Position numbers and translations under genes: made by a program. The notes under the pieces are model-generated. The model ran no database searches and was not told the origin of the DNA. It saw only the letters and a list, made by a program, of their open reading frames with translations. DNA of 64,000 nucleotides from positions 1 to 64,000 of the forward strand of contig OZ025679.1 of the NCBI GenBank assembly GCA_964019335.1. Reading direction: 5' to 3'. The stretch is from Diplonema japonicum (Eukaryota; Protista; Euglenozoa: Diplonemea). Shown here piece by piece: positions 36,107 through 47,500 of the stretch (position 1 is its first letter; the number at the start of each line of letters is the position of its first letter).

Positions 36107-37594
36107 ATGGACGGGATGGAAGCTAAGAAGAAGTCCTGCAGAGTGATTGTAAGAAGGGTGCGTAAGTGGCTAGGGTATCGCAAGGCGGTCGAGGATGCCG
36201 CAAAGGTTGCAGAGGTAAACCGATGGTTGAGGGTGAAGATACGAGCACGTCTTGCTGTGACACCTGCCGAGGAGGTTCTGGAAGGGTTCCTGTGCGTGCT
36301 GCACTTCATCGCCAAAGAGTTTGGACCGCACAAACTGATCTGGTACTTCATGCAGAAGGTGCAGTGTGAGGAGGCTACAACAAGGCGCAGCATCATGGAG
36401 AAGGAAGGGTACGCACGCCTGCTTCTGACGATGGAACACTTAGTTACCCCCTTTAGGGTCACCGTGCTCACACGGCCAGCCGCACAGCATTGCACTGCTT
36501 ACGTCACATCGGCCCTGCTGCGGTGTGTTGGGTACATCTCGGACATGCACGACTCGTGCGAAGTGTTCCTTCTTTCCAAGCAGTCCATCAAGGCATGGTC
36601 GGATGTCCTCGTCGAGATCCTGACCCTCTCGGAGGCATGCCGGCGGAGGACCATCGAAACTGGTGCAGCCGGCACCTTCACCTTCTGCGGGCTAGTCATC
36701 GAGGAGCACCAGCAGCGCTGTGCCATTGCAGTTGCACGGCACTGCGACGAGCACTTCTACGCCAACCTTCACGTGAACGTCAAGCGGCAGCGCGAGACAT
36801 TGGCTTACATCGGACGAGGGTCACAGGGGGAGGTCACCGTCGTGAGGCAGCAGGGTGTCTCTTACGCTTTGAAGGAGATCGTCTACAGCGACCTTGAGGG
36901 CTTGTACAGAGGGTACCTCAAGGCAACGCAGCACCGCAGCTACGACCACAGCAGCATAGTTAAGTACCTCGCTGTGCACGCTACAGTAGACGACATCGGG
37001 CGGCCCGTGCTGTCGATCTTGATGCCGTACTACACGGAGAGGGACCTTGGAAGACTCATGAAGGCCAGCCAGCTGGATGCACTGCACGTGGCATCTTTAG
37101 TTATCCAGATCTGCGAGGGGCTGGAGTATCTCCATACAATGAGCCCCCCTGTGGTGCATAGGGATGTCAAGCCGGACAACGTCCTGTTAAACAAGGGGCA
37201 GGCCATCCTCTCTGACTTTGACACTGCAAAACCCTTAGTGGCATCCGTGATCTCCAGCCAGGGTGGCACCTTCCAGTACACAGCACCCGAGACGCTCTAC
37301 TTGTTTCGCACGACGCCTGCCTCGGATATGTTTTCGATAGGCGTTATTCTATTCATCATGTTCACGAAGAGCCCCTTGCTGACTCACTCCGCCACGGGTA
37401 TTCAGCTGCTGCTGAATTCAGAGAAATGGGACCCCCCTGCTCTGGAAGCGGCCCTGCATCTGTCCCTTTCGTCGTGTGGTGTGTCGGACCAGTTTACAAG
37501 CCTGGTCATCACACTCTGCAGACACGACCCTGCCCTCAGGTTGACAGCAGGTGAAACGCGTTCAGTGCTGTGCACCGTACTTCAGTTATTGTGA
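36107..37594 (+). CDS. Ser/Thr protein kinase with long N-terminal extension
   Basis: IGRGSQGEV, YALK, HRDVKPDN, SDFD (DFG variant), YTAPE, SDMFSIG; start chosen at first ATG after ACAG. Confidence 0.88.
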   Translation: MDGMEAKKKSCRVIVRRVRKWLGYRKAVEDAAKVAEVNRWLRVKIRARLAVTPAEEVLEGFLCVLHFIAKEFGPHKLIWYFMQKVQCEEATTRRSIMEKEGYARLLLTMEHLVTPFRVTVLTRPAAQHCTAYVTSALLRCVGYISDMHDSCEVFLLSKQSIKAWSDVLVEILTLSEACRRRTIETGAAGTFTFCGLVIEEHQQRCAIAVARHCDEHFYANLHVNVKRQRETLAYIGRGSQGEVTVVRQQGVSYALKEIVYSDLEGLYRGYLKATQHRSYDHSSIVKYLAVHATVDDIGRPVLSILMPYYTERDLGRLMKASQLDALHVASLVIQICEGLEYLHTMSPPVVHRDVKPDNVLLNKGQAILSDFDTAKPLVASVISSQGGTFQYTAPETLYLFRTTPASDMFSIGVILFIMFTKSPLLTHSATGIQLLLNSEKWDPPALEAALHLSLSSCGVSDQFTSLVITLCRHDPALRLTAGETRSVLCTVLQLL

Positions 37595-37665
37595 CATAAT
37601 TATCCACTTACCTTAAGCATTATTTCGTGTTTTTTTATTTACAGCCGCTGCACACCTCACAGCAC

Positions 37666-38616
37666 ATGCCGTGGGAGTCCGTCACTACCATCAAGCGATG
37701 CAAGGAAGCGTCCTACAGCGTGATGTGGGGAGACGATGCAAGGGTGCTGTACAGTGCAGGCATCGACGGGCGTGTGGTAGGCTTCGACATGAAAGGGAAG
37801 CAGGTAGTGGAGTGCAACTTGAACAAAGGACAGGATGTAGTGCCCATAACAAAGATTAAGCTTTACGGAAAGCAGCGAGCCTTGGCCGCAAGGAGCGATG
37901 GGAGCATCATAAAGGTAGACCTGCGCGAGAACAGGCCCACACAGAGTATCCAGGAAGACAACGAAGTGTACACAATGGACGTCACACGAGATAGGACACA
38001 CTTCTTCACAGCAGGGAAGGACGGCAAGATCAGGCACTACGACATGACACGTGAGACGCCGCTGCATGTGCTGAACGATGAGGTGAACTACGATGTAGGG
38101 GTGCACCCTGTGCGGGTGTACTGCTTGAAGTGCGCACCGAAGAACGACCAAATAGTGTTCACGGGCGGGTGGGAATCGGTGAAGGCTTGGGATCTGCGAT
38201 CTAAGGGCAAGCCTGTGAAGGAGATAATTGGGCCCTACTTAGTGGGTGAGTCCATGGCTTTCACAGCGAACGACGCTCTGATCACAGCATCGCACCGCCC
38301 CGCCGAGCAGCTAGAGCAGTGGGACCTTGGGACATGCAAGAGGATCATGGTCCTGAGCGAAGACCCGTACCCCTTCCTTCCCACCTTCTTAAGTGTCACG
38401 CAGTCGCCGTACAAGTACATCGCAATAGGCGGCGGTGGCACGATCCCTTCGCACCACGCAGCTCTTATCCTCAACCACAACGCCAGCACGATACTCGCGT
38501 CCCTCCCTAAGCAGGATAACCCGAGGTCACTCCATTGCTGCGACTTCAACCACAAGAACAACACAGTGGCCTTTGGCGATGCTGGAGGAAGACTCCATGT
38601 AATGAGCACAGCTTAG
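37666..38616 (+). CDS. WD40-repeat protein
   Basis: SAGIDGRV..FD, TAGKDGKIRHYD and TGGWESVKAWD repeats. Confidence 0.88.
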   Translation: MPWESVTTIKRCKEASYSVMWGDDARVLYSAGIDGRVVGFDMKGKQVVECNLNKGQDVVPITKIKLYGKQRALAARSDGSIIKVDLRENRPTQSIQEDNEVYTMDVTRDRTHFFTAGKDGKIRHYDMTRETPLHVLNDEVNYDVGVHPVRVYCLKCAPKNDQIVFTGGWESVKAWDLRSKGKPVKEIIGPYLVGESMAFTANDALITASHRPAEQLEQWDLGTCKRIMVLSEDPYPFLPTFLSVTQSPYKYIAIGGGGTIPSHHAALILNHNASTILASLPKQDNPRSLHCCDFNHKNNTVAFGDAGGRLHVMSTA

Positions 38617-38701
38617 TTTGTACAGTAACACCACAACTTCTGTTGTGCAGATGCCTTGCTACCCTTGGGTCGCTTTACCCCTGCAGACTGGCCAATATGC
38701 A

Positions 38702-39253
38702 ATGTGCGACACGCTTAATATAGTGCTGCTGGGAGATGAGGGGGTGGGGAAGACGTCCCTGCTCAGGGAGTATGCAGACGAATTTACGGAGACAATAGGC
38801 TTTAATGCAGTGGCTGTGAACGAGGTGGTGGCAGGGAAGGACATGAAGGTGATGCTGTATGATTTGGGGGACGACGATGTGATGCGCAGCCTGGTGATGG
38901 AGAGGGGACACTGCTTTGTGGTGTGCTTTGCGGTGGATGATGAAGAGAGTTTTAGGAAGGTGATTGAAAAATGGCTGCCTGCGGTGCAGCACATCGACAC
39001 AGGCCCGCCAGTCATCTTATGCTGTACAAAGGTTGATCTCTGTCAATCTCCGGCAACTCATCCCGCAGTCCTCAAGGCAACTACCCATGCCAAGGACCTA
39101 CAGTATTCTTTCCTCACTACCACAACTCATTCACGCCCCTCCATTGCTACCCTATTCGCCCTCTCCGCAACCCAAGCACACCTCCACGCCTCCGAGACTA
39201 TCCTCCTTGAGACGTCCCGCAACGGCCCACGGAAGTGCTGTGCCATATCGTGA
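38702..39253 (+). CDS. Atypical Rho/Ras-like small GTPase with C-terminal CaaX
   Basis: GDEGVGKT P-loop, LYDLG, TKVD, C-terminal CCAIS*. Confidence 0.85.
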   Translation: MCDTLNIVLLGDEGVGKTSLLREYADEFTETIGFNAVAVNEVVAGKDMKVMLYDLGDDDVMRSLVMERGHCFVVCFAVDDEESFRKVIEKWLPAVQHIDTGPPVILCCTKVDLCQSPATHPAVLKATTHAKDLQYSFLTTTTHSRPSIATLFALSATQAHLHASETILLETSRNGPRKCCAIS

Positions 39254-39405
39254 ATTGTATAAAAAAAAAAAAGAAAAAAATAGTTAAAAGTCTCGGTCAG
39301 GTTATTTTTGCCCATGCCTGCACTGAGCAAATCAGCTAGCCTCATACATTATGCATTTCCTTGTCTACTTTCATAATAATAATTTTATTATCGCAGAACA
39401 CCACT

Positions 39406-42400
39406 ATGGTAGAACACCGGAAGAGCGGGCTTGCCGCGTCAGCGGGCGATGTGAGACAGCAATGCATCTGGTCGCAGGCACAAATGGGGCTGGTGTACCC
39501 GTCCCCATATGCTATCTTTGCTGGGTACTTCAGGGCAGAGGGGAAGACAATCACGAAAGAAAAGGTAAGCTCCGTGATGAAGGCCATCCTGAAAGCGTTC
39601 CCTGCGAAACCAAAGCAACTGACGTCGGCCACCGTGGCACTGGACTTTGGACTGTTCCAGTCGTGGGGGGGCAAAGCCCCGAAGGGGATGGATTACCTGT
39701 ACCCGGAAGAGGTCACCGATGACAGTGGGAACGTGAGAACCACTTCCGAAGTCTTCAGCCAGACCAACAAGTTCCAGGATTCGGCTTGCGACATCTGGTT
39801 CCACATCAAATCCGACCAGTCGCTAGAGAAATGTAGGGAGGTGCAAGCCATCATCGAGTTGACTCTGGGTGGCGTGGTCAAGAAGACAAAGAACGTACAA
39901 GAAGCTGCCTCCAAGACGCCTTCCGGTGGGAAGGGTAAAGTACTTGGATGTCGATTCGCAGAAAACCTGAACAACCCTTCTGACCCCGTCACACTCGCGA
40001 CACGCACCCTTGTGGGCCACGAAGACACGGACCACTACGGGGGCTCCTTCGTGGTGGCACAGCGTTTCACAATCAACTGGAACCACATCCACAACATGAA
40101 TGACGAGGAGATCGAAGACATCATCGGACGCACTGTGGGCCCGAACTACATCCTCCCGTCCAACGACACCAGAGCACACATCAAGTGCGCCCGTGGGAGG
40201 GACGCTCAGGGTAACACTACACCAGTTCTGCGTCTAGGTTTGCCCTTCGGCAGAAGGTTCAGCCCCACGGATCTTCGCAACGACCCAGACCTCGCCTTGA
40301 AGGGGGCCAACCTTGCTGACGAGGAAGGTATGAAATGCAACGCGAACAATCATAAAAACAGGAATCTACTTTGCGGGATACACGCAAGGAGTGCAGAACC
40401 TTGAAGTCATCATGAAGCAGATGATCGGCGAGAAAGAGGGCTTCATGCGCGACAGGCTTTTCGACAACTTGCAGTCTGATTTCGGCGGCTACTTCTACGT
40501 ACCATCGTACAAAGACCTTGGGATGGATTCCTTGAGCTTTGCCCATACTGAAAAGGTCAAGAACTGGGATGAGCACCCTGGGATGGACTGGAAGAGATTG
40601 AACACCCACTACGACAAAGCATCGAAGAATGGGTGGATGCACTACAACCACTTCGAGTACTTGAACACCATGTCCACTATGTCAGAGGTGGAGGCCAAGA
40701 AAAAGGACCCCCCTTCATCCAGGGTTCTTGAGCTGCTGAGCCACAACTTCAGTATCTGGCAGGATAACTGGTACTTCAACAGGAAGCAGCCCGAGTTTAA
40801 ACACATGAGGGTCTACATCACAGAGGCCTTCGGAGCGGCGGAGGCTACGAAAGTCATGAGACTGTCCGTGATCGAACGCAAGGCATGGGCCATCAGGATG
40901 ACCTTGAGGGTCTGTGCTTCGCATGAGTACGGCCACAGAGGGACTACCTGGATCGAGGGTGGTGTAGAGAAATCAACAAACCCACCAACTGAGGGCGCGA
41001 ACACTTACACGCTGCACCCCAGTGAGGTCATTGTGGGACAGCTCCCGAACCTGTCGCTTGGTCAGGGCAGGTACGCCATGGTCTTCGAAAGAGAAAATGA
41101 ACACCTCACAAACTACATGAGCGGCTGCAACGAAGCAAGTGGCTTAGGGCATGTTGTTCCAGGGCACCAGAAGCTCCTTGACATGGGTATCGGAGGTCTC
41201 AAGAAGCAGGCGGAAGACAAGATCAAAGACAGCATCAACGTTAGCGACGAAACGACGCAGTTCCTCAACAGCGTCATCATCTCCTTAGATGCCCTCTCAG
41301 AGTACTGCGAGGCCTTCGCTCTCCTTGCAGAGGAAGTCGAGAAGTCGCTTAGTGACGGCCAGATTGCTGAGAAGGAGAATCTCTCCGACATCAGTTCCAG
41401 GCTCCGCAACATCGCAACTGAGAAGCCGTCGAGCTTTTTAGAGGCACTGCAGCTGCTCTTCATCATGCACTGCGCTCTCCACCTAAATGGCGAGCCTGTT
41501 GCTATCGGGCGTCTGGATCAGATGCTGTACCCGTTCTACAAAAAGGACTTTGATCAGGGTTTCATCGACGAGCCCACCGCTCAGGAGGCTCTGGACTGCT
41601 TCTGGATCAAACTTGATGAGAAGGTGCAGCAGAATAGGCTGAACGTTGAGGACCACCAGAAGATGGGTTACCTCATGCCTGGCCCCCCTGGAGGCACCTA
41701 CCCCAAAGCATCTGTGAACCAATGGGTGCAGCAAATCACTGTCGGCGGTTACGTCGCGGACGATGCAGACGTCCCAACGCCTAGTTACAACACGATCACA
41801 AAGCTGGCCATTAGGTGCTCTAGACGGTTGCCTTTGAACGCGCCATGCTTGTCTCTGAGAGTGAACTCGAACACGCCCGACTACATCCTCGAGGAGGCAG
41901 CAAAGGCCGTCCTCAGCGGCGGGGCACACCCCTTCTTCATTCACGACGACAAGATCATCAAAGGCCTGCTTGAGACAGGCAAGGACATCGGGCCCAGCGA
42001 ACAACGCCTCAATGCGTTGTATGACGGCAAAGTGCGCCTGCAGGACGCCAGGGACTATGCTTGCGACGGCTGCTACGAACCTTTATTCAGTGGGAAGAAC
42101 TACTTCACGTTGCCCACGATGCAGCTGCTGGAGGTATTCGAGGCTGTTCTGAACGGGAGCAAAAAGTACAGCCAGGCAGGACCTAACTTCCTGAGGGGTG
42201 GCATAGTTACAGAGCCTGTCCCCGAGGCTTCAAACCTCGAAACTTTCGAGTCGCTAAAGCAAAGCTTCTTCGAACAGATGAAACTCGTGAACATGAGGAT
42301 GACTGATAACATACTTAATGGCTTCGGGGCCAGGGAATCCGGTTGTCCCACACCCTTGCTCTCCGCGATCATGGACGACTGCATTGGCAAGGGCAGGGAC

Positions 42401-43630
42401 CTCTACAACGGGGGTGGGCAGTACAACTTGGTGTCTCTGTGCATCACGGGGATCCCCACGTGGATCAACGCCATGTACAGCATCAAGAAGATGGTCTACG
42501 ACCAGGAGTCTGCTGTGACGTCACTCCCCGAGCTTGTCGAATGCCTCATCTGCGACTGGGGGCACAACATGGTGGAGCCCTTCCATAGCGCTTTACTGGG
42601 CAAGGGCAGGACTGAGGCCAGAGCTGAGAGATGGAAGAGGCTCCGTGAAATCGCGGACGCCCTCCCTAAGTTCGGCCGTGGGAACCCTGAGGTGGACAAG
42701 CTGGCACAGGAACTCATCGGCAAGCTTTGCGATATTGTGCTGAACTCATACCGTAAGCCCGCTCTGGCCTCTACCAAGGACAGCATCAACCGTTTAACGG
42801 AAAAGTTCGGCACCGAGGAGAACCCCTTCGGCGGCTTCCAGGTGCAAGTGGGGTGTGCCACCTTTGAGAACTACGTGGGCTTCGGGATCGGAGCAGGTGC
42901 CAGTGCAGAGGGCAGGCGCAACAATCAAACACTTTCATCCGACCTGTCGCCGTCGCCAAGTCTTGTGGACAAGCCTGTGGACCATCAAGCTTGTTCTTTC
43001 GTAGACGCCCTGCAGGGGTACACATCGACCGACATCGACAAGTTGACGCAGGGCGCTATGACAGACTTCAACATCGAGGAGAGCTTCCCTCTGGAGGACC
43101 TTGTTCAGGTGCTGCGCAAGTTCTCGGAGGGTTTAGGCCCCAACATGATGACCATCACAACTGCAGACCCTGCCACCTTCGAGGACGCATGCACGGACCC
43201 TGAAGGGTACGACCTGCTGCGCGTCCGCATGGGTGGCTGGACTGAGTTCTTTACGTCACTAAACCCGGACAACCAAGAGCAGCATAGGAGGCGACCCCTC
43301 TCGACGCCAAGCGGTGCTTCGACCAGCCACCTGAAGGCCAAGAGGAAGACCAACGCTGCCATGGTGGAGCACGTCGTGGAAAGCAGTGTTGTGCTGCAGG
43401 CGGCAGTCGAACCTGAGGACAAGGTGCTGAAGGCGCTGGAGAGGACAACGGAAGCATTGATGTTGTCTGCGAAGACTGCTGATACCTTGAACGCAAAGAT
43501 CACAGAACTGGAGGAAACCGCAAAGGAGGACAAGAAAAAGACTAAGAAGAAGAAGAAGAAGACCCTTAGTAGCAGCACCAAAAAGACCGGAGCCGAACCA
43601 AAGAAACCCCTTGGTAGCAGCAGGAAGTAG
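39406..43630 (+). CDS. DyP-type heme peroxidase - glycyl radical enzyme (PFL2-like) fusion, ~1396 aa
   Basis: The 34-nt GT-AG intron 40328-40361 fuses both ORFs in frame (DEE-G-IYFAGY). DyP motifs: DIWFHIKS, LGCRFAENLNNP, GGSFVVAQRF, EDIIGRT, AHIK, LRLGLPFG, DRLF..GGYFYVPS. GRE motifs: GHVVPG, IGRLDQMLYPFY, QITVGG, DGCYEP, KFG, GASAEGR, RVRMGGWTEFF. Confidence 0.93.
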
Positions 43631-44411
43631 CTTTCTCATCCTACTCCCATTCCTCCATCCCCTCATTCTCCCCACGATCGATTACAAACTGGTGGTGGTT
43701 GCCTTAGCAACAGCGCAGCAGTTGACGTCGCCTCTTGGCGGATGCGTGCATCGCCCTGCAGCGCAACCTTTCCTCGCCACTCACCAGTTTTTTCTTCTTT
43801 TTTTTTTCTTTTTTTTTTTTTTTTTTTTGCCAACGTTCATTAATAAAGAATGCATTGCCCAACAATACTGGGCAATGGAGAAGAAAGTTGTTATGCTGCA
43901 ATGTGACCTTTGAAACGGTGCAGTGGGAGAACGTGCATTTTAGCAGTTCTCCCCCTCCCCTTTTTCTTTTTCTCCACCCCCCCCCCCCCCCCCTGTTGTT
44001 CACCAGTCCACTCCCTACTTTGTCCTCCGTGCATACAATGCAAAAGAAGAACAATAAATACAACTGCTCTTTCCCAAAGTTCAGAAAGCCTTTTGGTACC
44101 TGGTTGGATATCTCACAACCACCCGTTAGCTTTATGACTTACAACAACCCTGTGCTCCTAACGTTTTATTTTCTTTTCCATTTTTTTTTTAAAAAAATAT
44201 TTGAAGGGTTTAACTAAAAAAAAAGAGGGTTTCTTGATCTGTGAGACCAACAACAAGACGGTCACGTTAAAAAGATATTATTCTTCATACTTCTTTTTTT
44301 GTTCCCTCTGCCCCCCCCCCCCCCCCCCCTTCAAACTCTCCATTCTTTTCACCCCCCTTTTTTTTTACTCATTACAAAAAAACCCGTACCACAGGAAGGA
44401 AGGTTGGGACA

Positions 44412-44470
44412 ATGGGTAGTGTGCCGCACGATCAGCTGCCGAATGTGTTGGCAGACCATGGGTATGGCAA

Positions 44471-44512
<42 letters not shown>

Positions 44513-47500
44513 TTTAAGTGAAGATAAGATAGCATTATTTCACGCGTGGTGGCAGGGGGTTTAACGAGTAGGGATCTTAATATCCCGTTTACTTCACTCG
44601 CTGCGCTCGTGAAGTAAAAAGCTACGAGTTAAACTTGCCACCACAAGTGGAATAATGCTCTTATTTTCACTAATACGTTGTTTTATTAACAAGAGCCGGG
44701 TTTGAAAGGGTGGGAGGTTACAGGGTTACAACAGGTGAAAGTGAGATTTGGGTTACAAAGTGTCGTTGCTAAATTTCAGTTTGTGCGACTCTTTTGTCCT
44801 CATCCCGCTTGCAAACATGCAAGCTGCATATGCTTGACACACTATGTTGTAGGGGTCGCTGAATTTCATTGCCAGATACTCTTTCATTTGTTCCTGACTA
44901 AACACCGAAGCTTTTTTCACCTCATGGCCTTCTTCAAAGCGCTTCAAAAGAAGTGCAACCCTGGGAAAGTTCTGCATTTTTTACCGAAGTTTCGTTGGAT
45001 GATGGCGTTGATCTTGCTGTAACTTGCCCAAATTGTCCTTCATATCTTGGAAATACTATACTAACTCGTCTTCCGTCGGGCTTTTCGATCTTGTTGTTCT
45101 GAAGTTGTGAAAAGAGCAAAAGCGGTGCCACTCTGCTTCGTAAGTGCTGGCGTTCATGATCTTCGACGCCCGCCTTTGTATCCTTCGCCTTTTTGCCCAT
45201 TGCCTTGGGCTTCCTTCTTATTGTAAAAATAGGTGAAATAGGTGAAATTAGGCCCAGGAGTGAAATAATGTTACATTATTTCACGCTCGAACATTATTTC
45301 ACTCCTGGGCCTAATTTCAAGGTAAACTGGGAGTGAAAATAAAGCTGGGAGTGACATAATTTAAAATCTTATTTTCACTCCCACCCTTGAAAACCCGGCT
45401 CGAGTTATTATATAAAAAAAAAAAAAAAGCTCTACCGGTGTGTGGCTGATGATCCAGCAGGTTCTCTTCAACACCCACGAGAGAGCAAGCTACCCGGAAA
45501 ACTGGGAGCTCCTGACATCCATAGTGTTCTTCGCAATGTGGGTCGTGTTAAGAAAAGCTGCATTTAAGACCTGTTTGCTGAGAATGGCCAGGTCCATGGG
45601 TGCTCCTGTATGCCTCAAGAAACACTAACATCAACCCAACTCAGGACGAAGGTGAGGAATACAAGTGGGCAGTTCTTGCCTGGAATGGTGTGTTCCACAC
45701 ATGGTCGACTGTGTTCCTGCTGGAGTGGCTGCCCCTCCACAGGTGGTACTGGCACACGGAGTGGGTGTGGGAGAACATCAACGACCCCAAGCCGCAAAGA
45801 ATGGAACTCGAGATGAAGTGCTTTTACATGCTCCAGCTAGGGTACCACTTCCAGAGCTTGTTCTGGCATTTCACAGAAGAGAGGCGTACGGACTTCATGA
45901 CAATGATGATCCATCATGTTGTGACTGTATGTGGGAAAATATAAAAAATGCACAAAAAAAAAAAAAATTAGGTGATCTTGATATTGGGCAGTTACATGAA
46001 CTCCTTCTGCCGCATTGGGATGCTGGTGCTGCTGGTTCACGATGCCAGTGATATCCCTGTCACTCTCACGAAATGCTTCCACATGTGTCATTGGAAGAAG
46101 CTCGCACACTGTTTCTTCGTTGTTATGGTTGTTGTGTGGTTTTACTACAGGCTGTTCCTCTATCCCACTTGGGTTATCCACTCCGTTGTGTATTACCCAC
46201 CAGTATGGGGGGGGTGACGAATAATAATAACTTGTTCATAAGATAGCTACTTATTGCCAACACAAATTATGAGTCATTATTTAACTCGAGTTCCCTCGTG
46301 CAAAAAAAACGGTAACGAGAGTTAAATAATGGCTCATTTGGCGGCAAGTAAGTCGTTTTATTTCACTCTTCGTCATTTGAGTCACTCACTCTTCACTGCT
46401 TTCACTGCTGTTTTTTTTTCACGCAGGTCAGCCTTTTTGGGGATTTTCCTAAGGTAATATGGGGTTGCTATTTCGCTGTGGCATTTTAAAGGGGAAGTAA
46501 AGCACTTAATCCCACTTTTAAGAGCTGGAATGGCCTTAGATGGCCAAAAATAGTCAAAATACCCCGTCCCCAAAAAGATGTTTCAAGGGGTTGGGTACAT
46601 TTTTTTCTACGACAAGACCCATTATTTCACTCTGAAGCCCCATAATTTAACTCGAAAATCTCATAATTTAACCATCTACCAACGGACCATTTTTGCCCAC
46701 CAGGTAAATTTTCAAAACTGCAAAAAAAAACTATTCTAGCGCAACGCTGGGGCTATATGCACCCGGAAATGCCTCCAGATGTCCCAATTCTAGAGAGGGT
46801 GCCCACAGCAGGGCCCACTCCCACAACATTTCAAAAATATCGTTCCCGAAGTGCTCGAGAGGGGGTACAAAAAACAAGTCAAAAAAATCGACTGTAAAAT
46901 TCTATAAAAAGCTATTTAAGCCCTTCTTGACGCGGTTCGTACGTGCCCCAGGGCTGGGGGACTTCTTTTTTTGACCCCGAGAGGGGTTTCTGGGGGGTAT
47001 CCCCGGCAAGGTGGTAGTCTTTGAAGCCCAGAGTCACGCAAAGTTGTACCAAGCAGGCTGAACACTGAAATAGGGGTCTTTTCGACTTGCAATGCTTGCA
47101 CCGCACGTTGCGGGGAAATGGTCCCAGAAGGTACTGTCGCGTCGCATTGGGGCCTCAGGGCACTCGTTCTGTGTTTCGGGGCATGGCATTGGGGCAGCCT
47201 GCTCTGTAGTTGACTTTAGCTGTTGTTTGGGCAGCCTCCCTAGTAGCCCTTCGATGACTGCCTCTTTGAGGCGTGAATCCACTGTCGTTCATACTCAGGG
47301 TGTTGGGGGGCAATGCTTTTTTCCAAACAAGCCAGGCATTTGCCAGAGATTTATCTAACAAGTACGAAAATACTTTCAGGGGCCACTTCGAAGTCATAAG
47401 GGTGCGTTTATGGCGTTTTGTCACAGCGTCACCCAGCGTCGGTTCCGCCCATTGCGGTGTTGTAAATATGCACTTGGTGGGGAGCGGGATGTCCTTTCTG

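Noticed and set aside
39361-43630. DyP and GRE as two separate overlapping genes, or a bacterial contaminant operon
   Set aside because: A canonical 34-nt intron restores the DyP GIYFAGY motif and joins the frames. The DyP C-terminal motifs lie in the second ORF, and the flanks are eukaryotic genes.
43600-43630. Peroxisomal/glycosomal PTS1 on the DyP-GRE protein
   Set aside because: The C-terminus is SRK, which lacks the terminal Leu/Met of PTS1.
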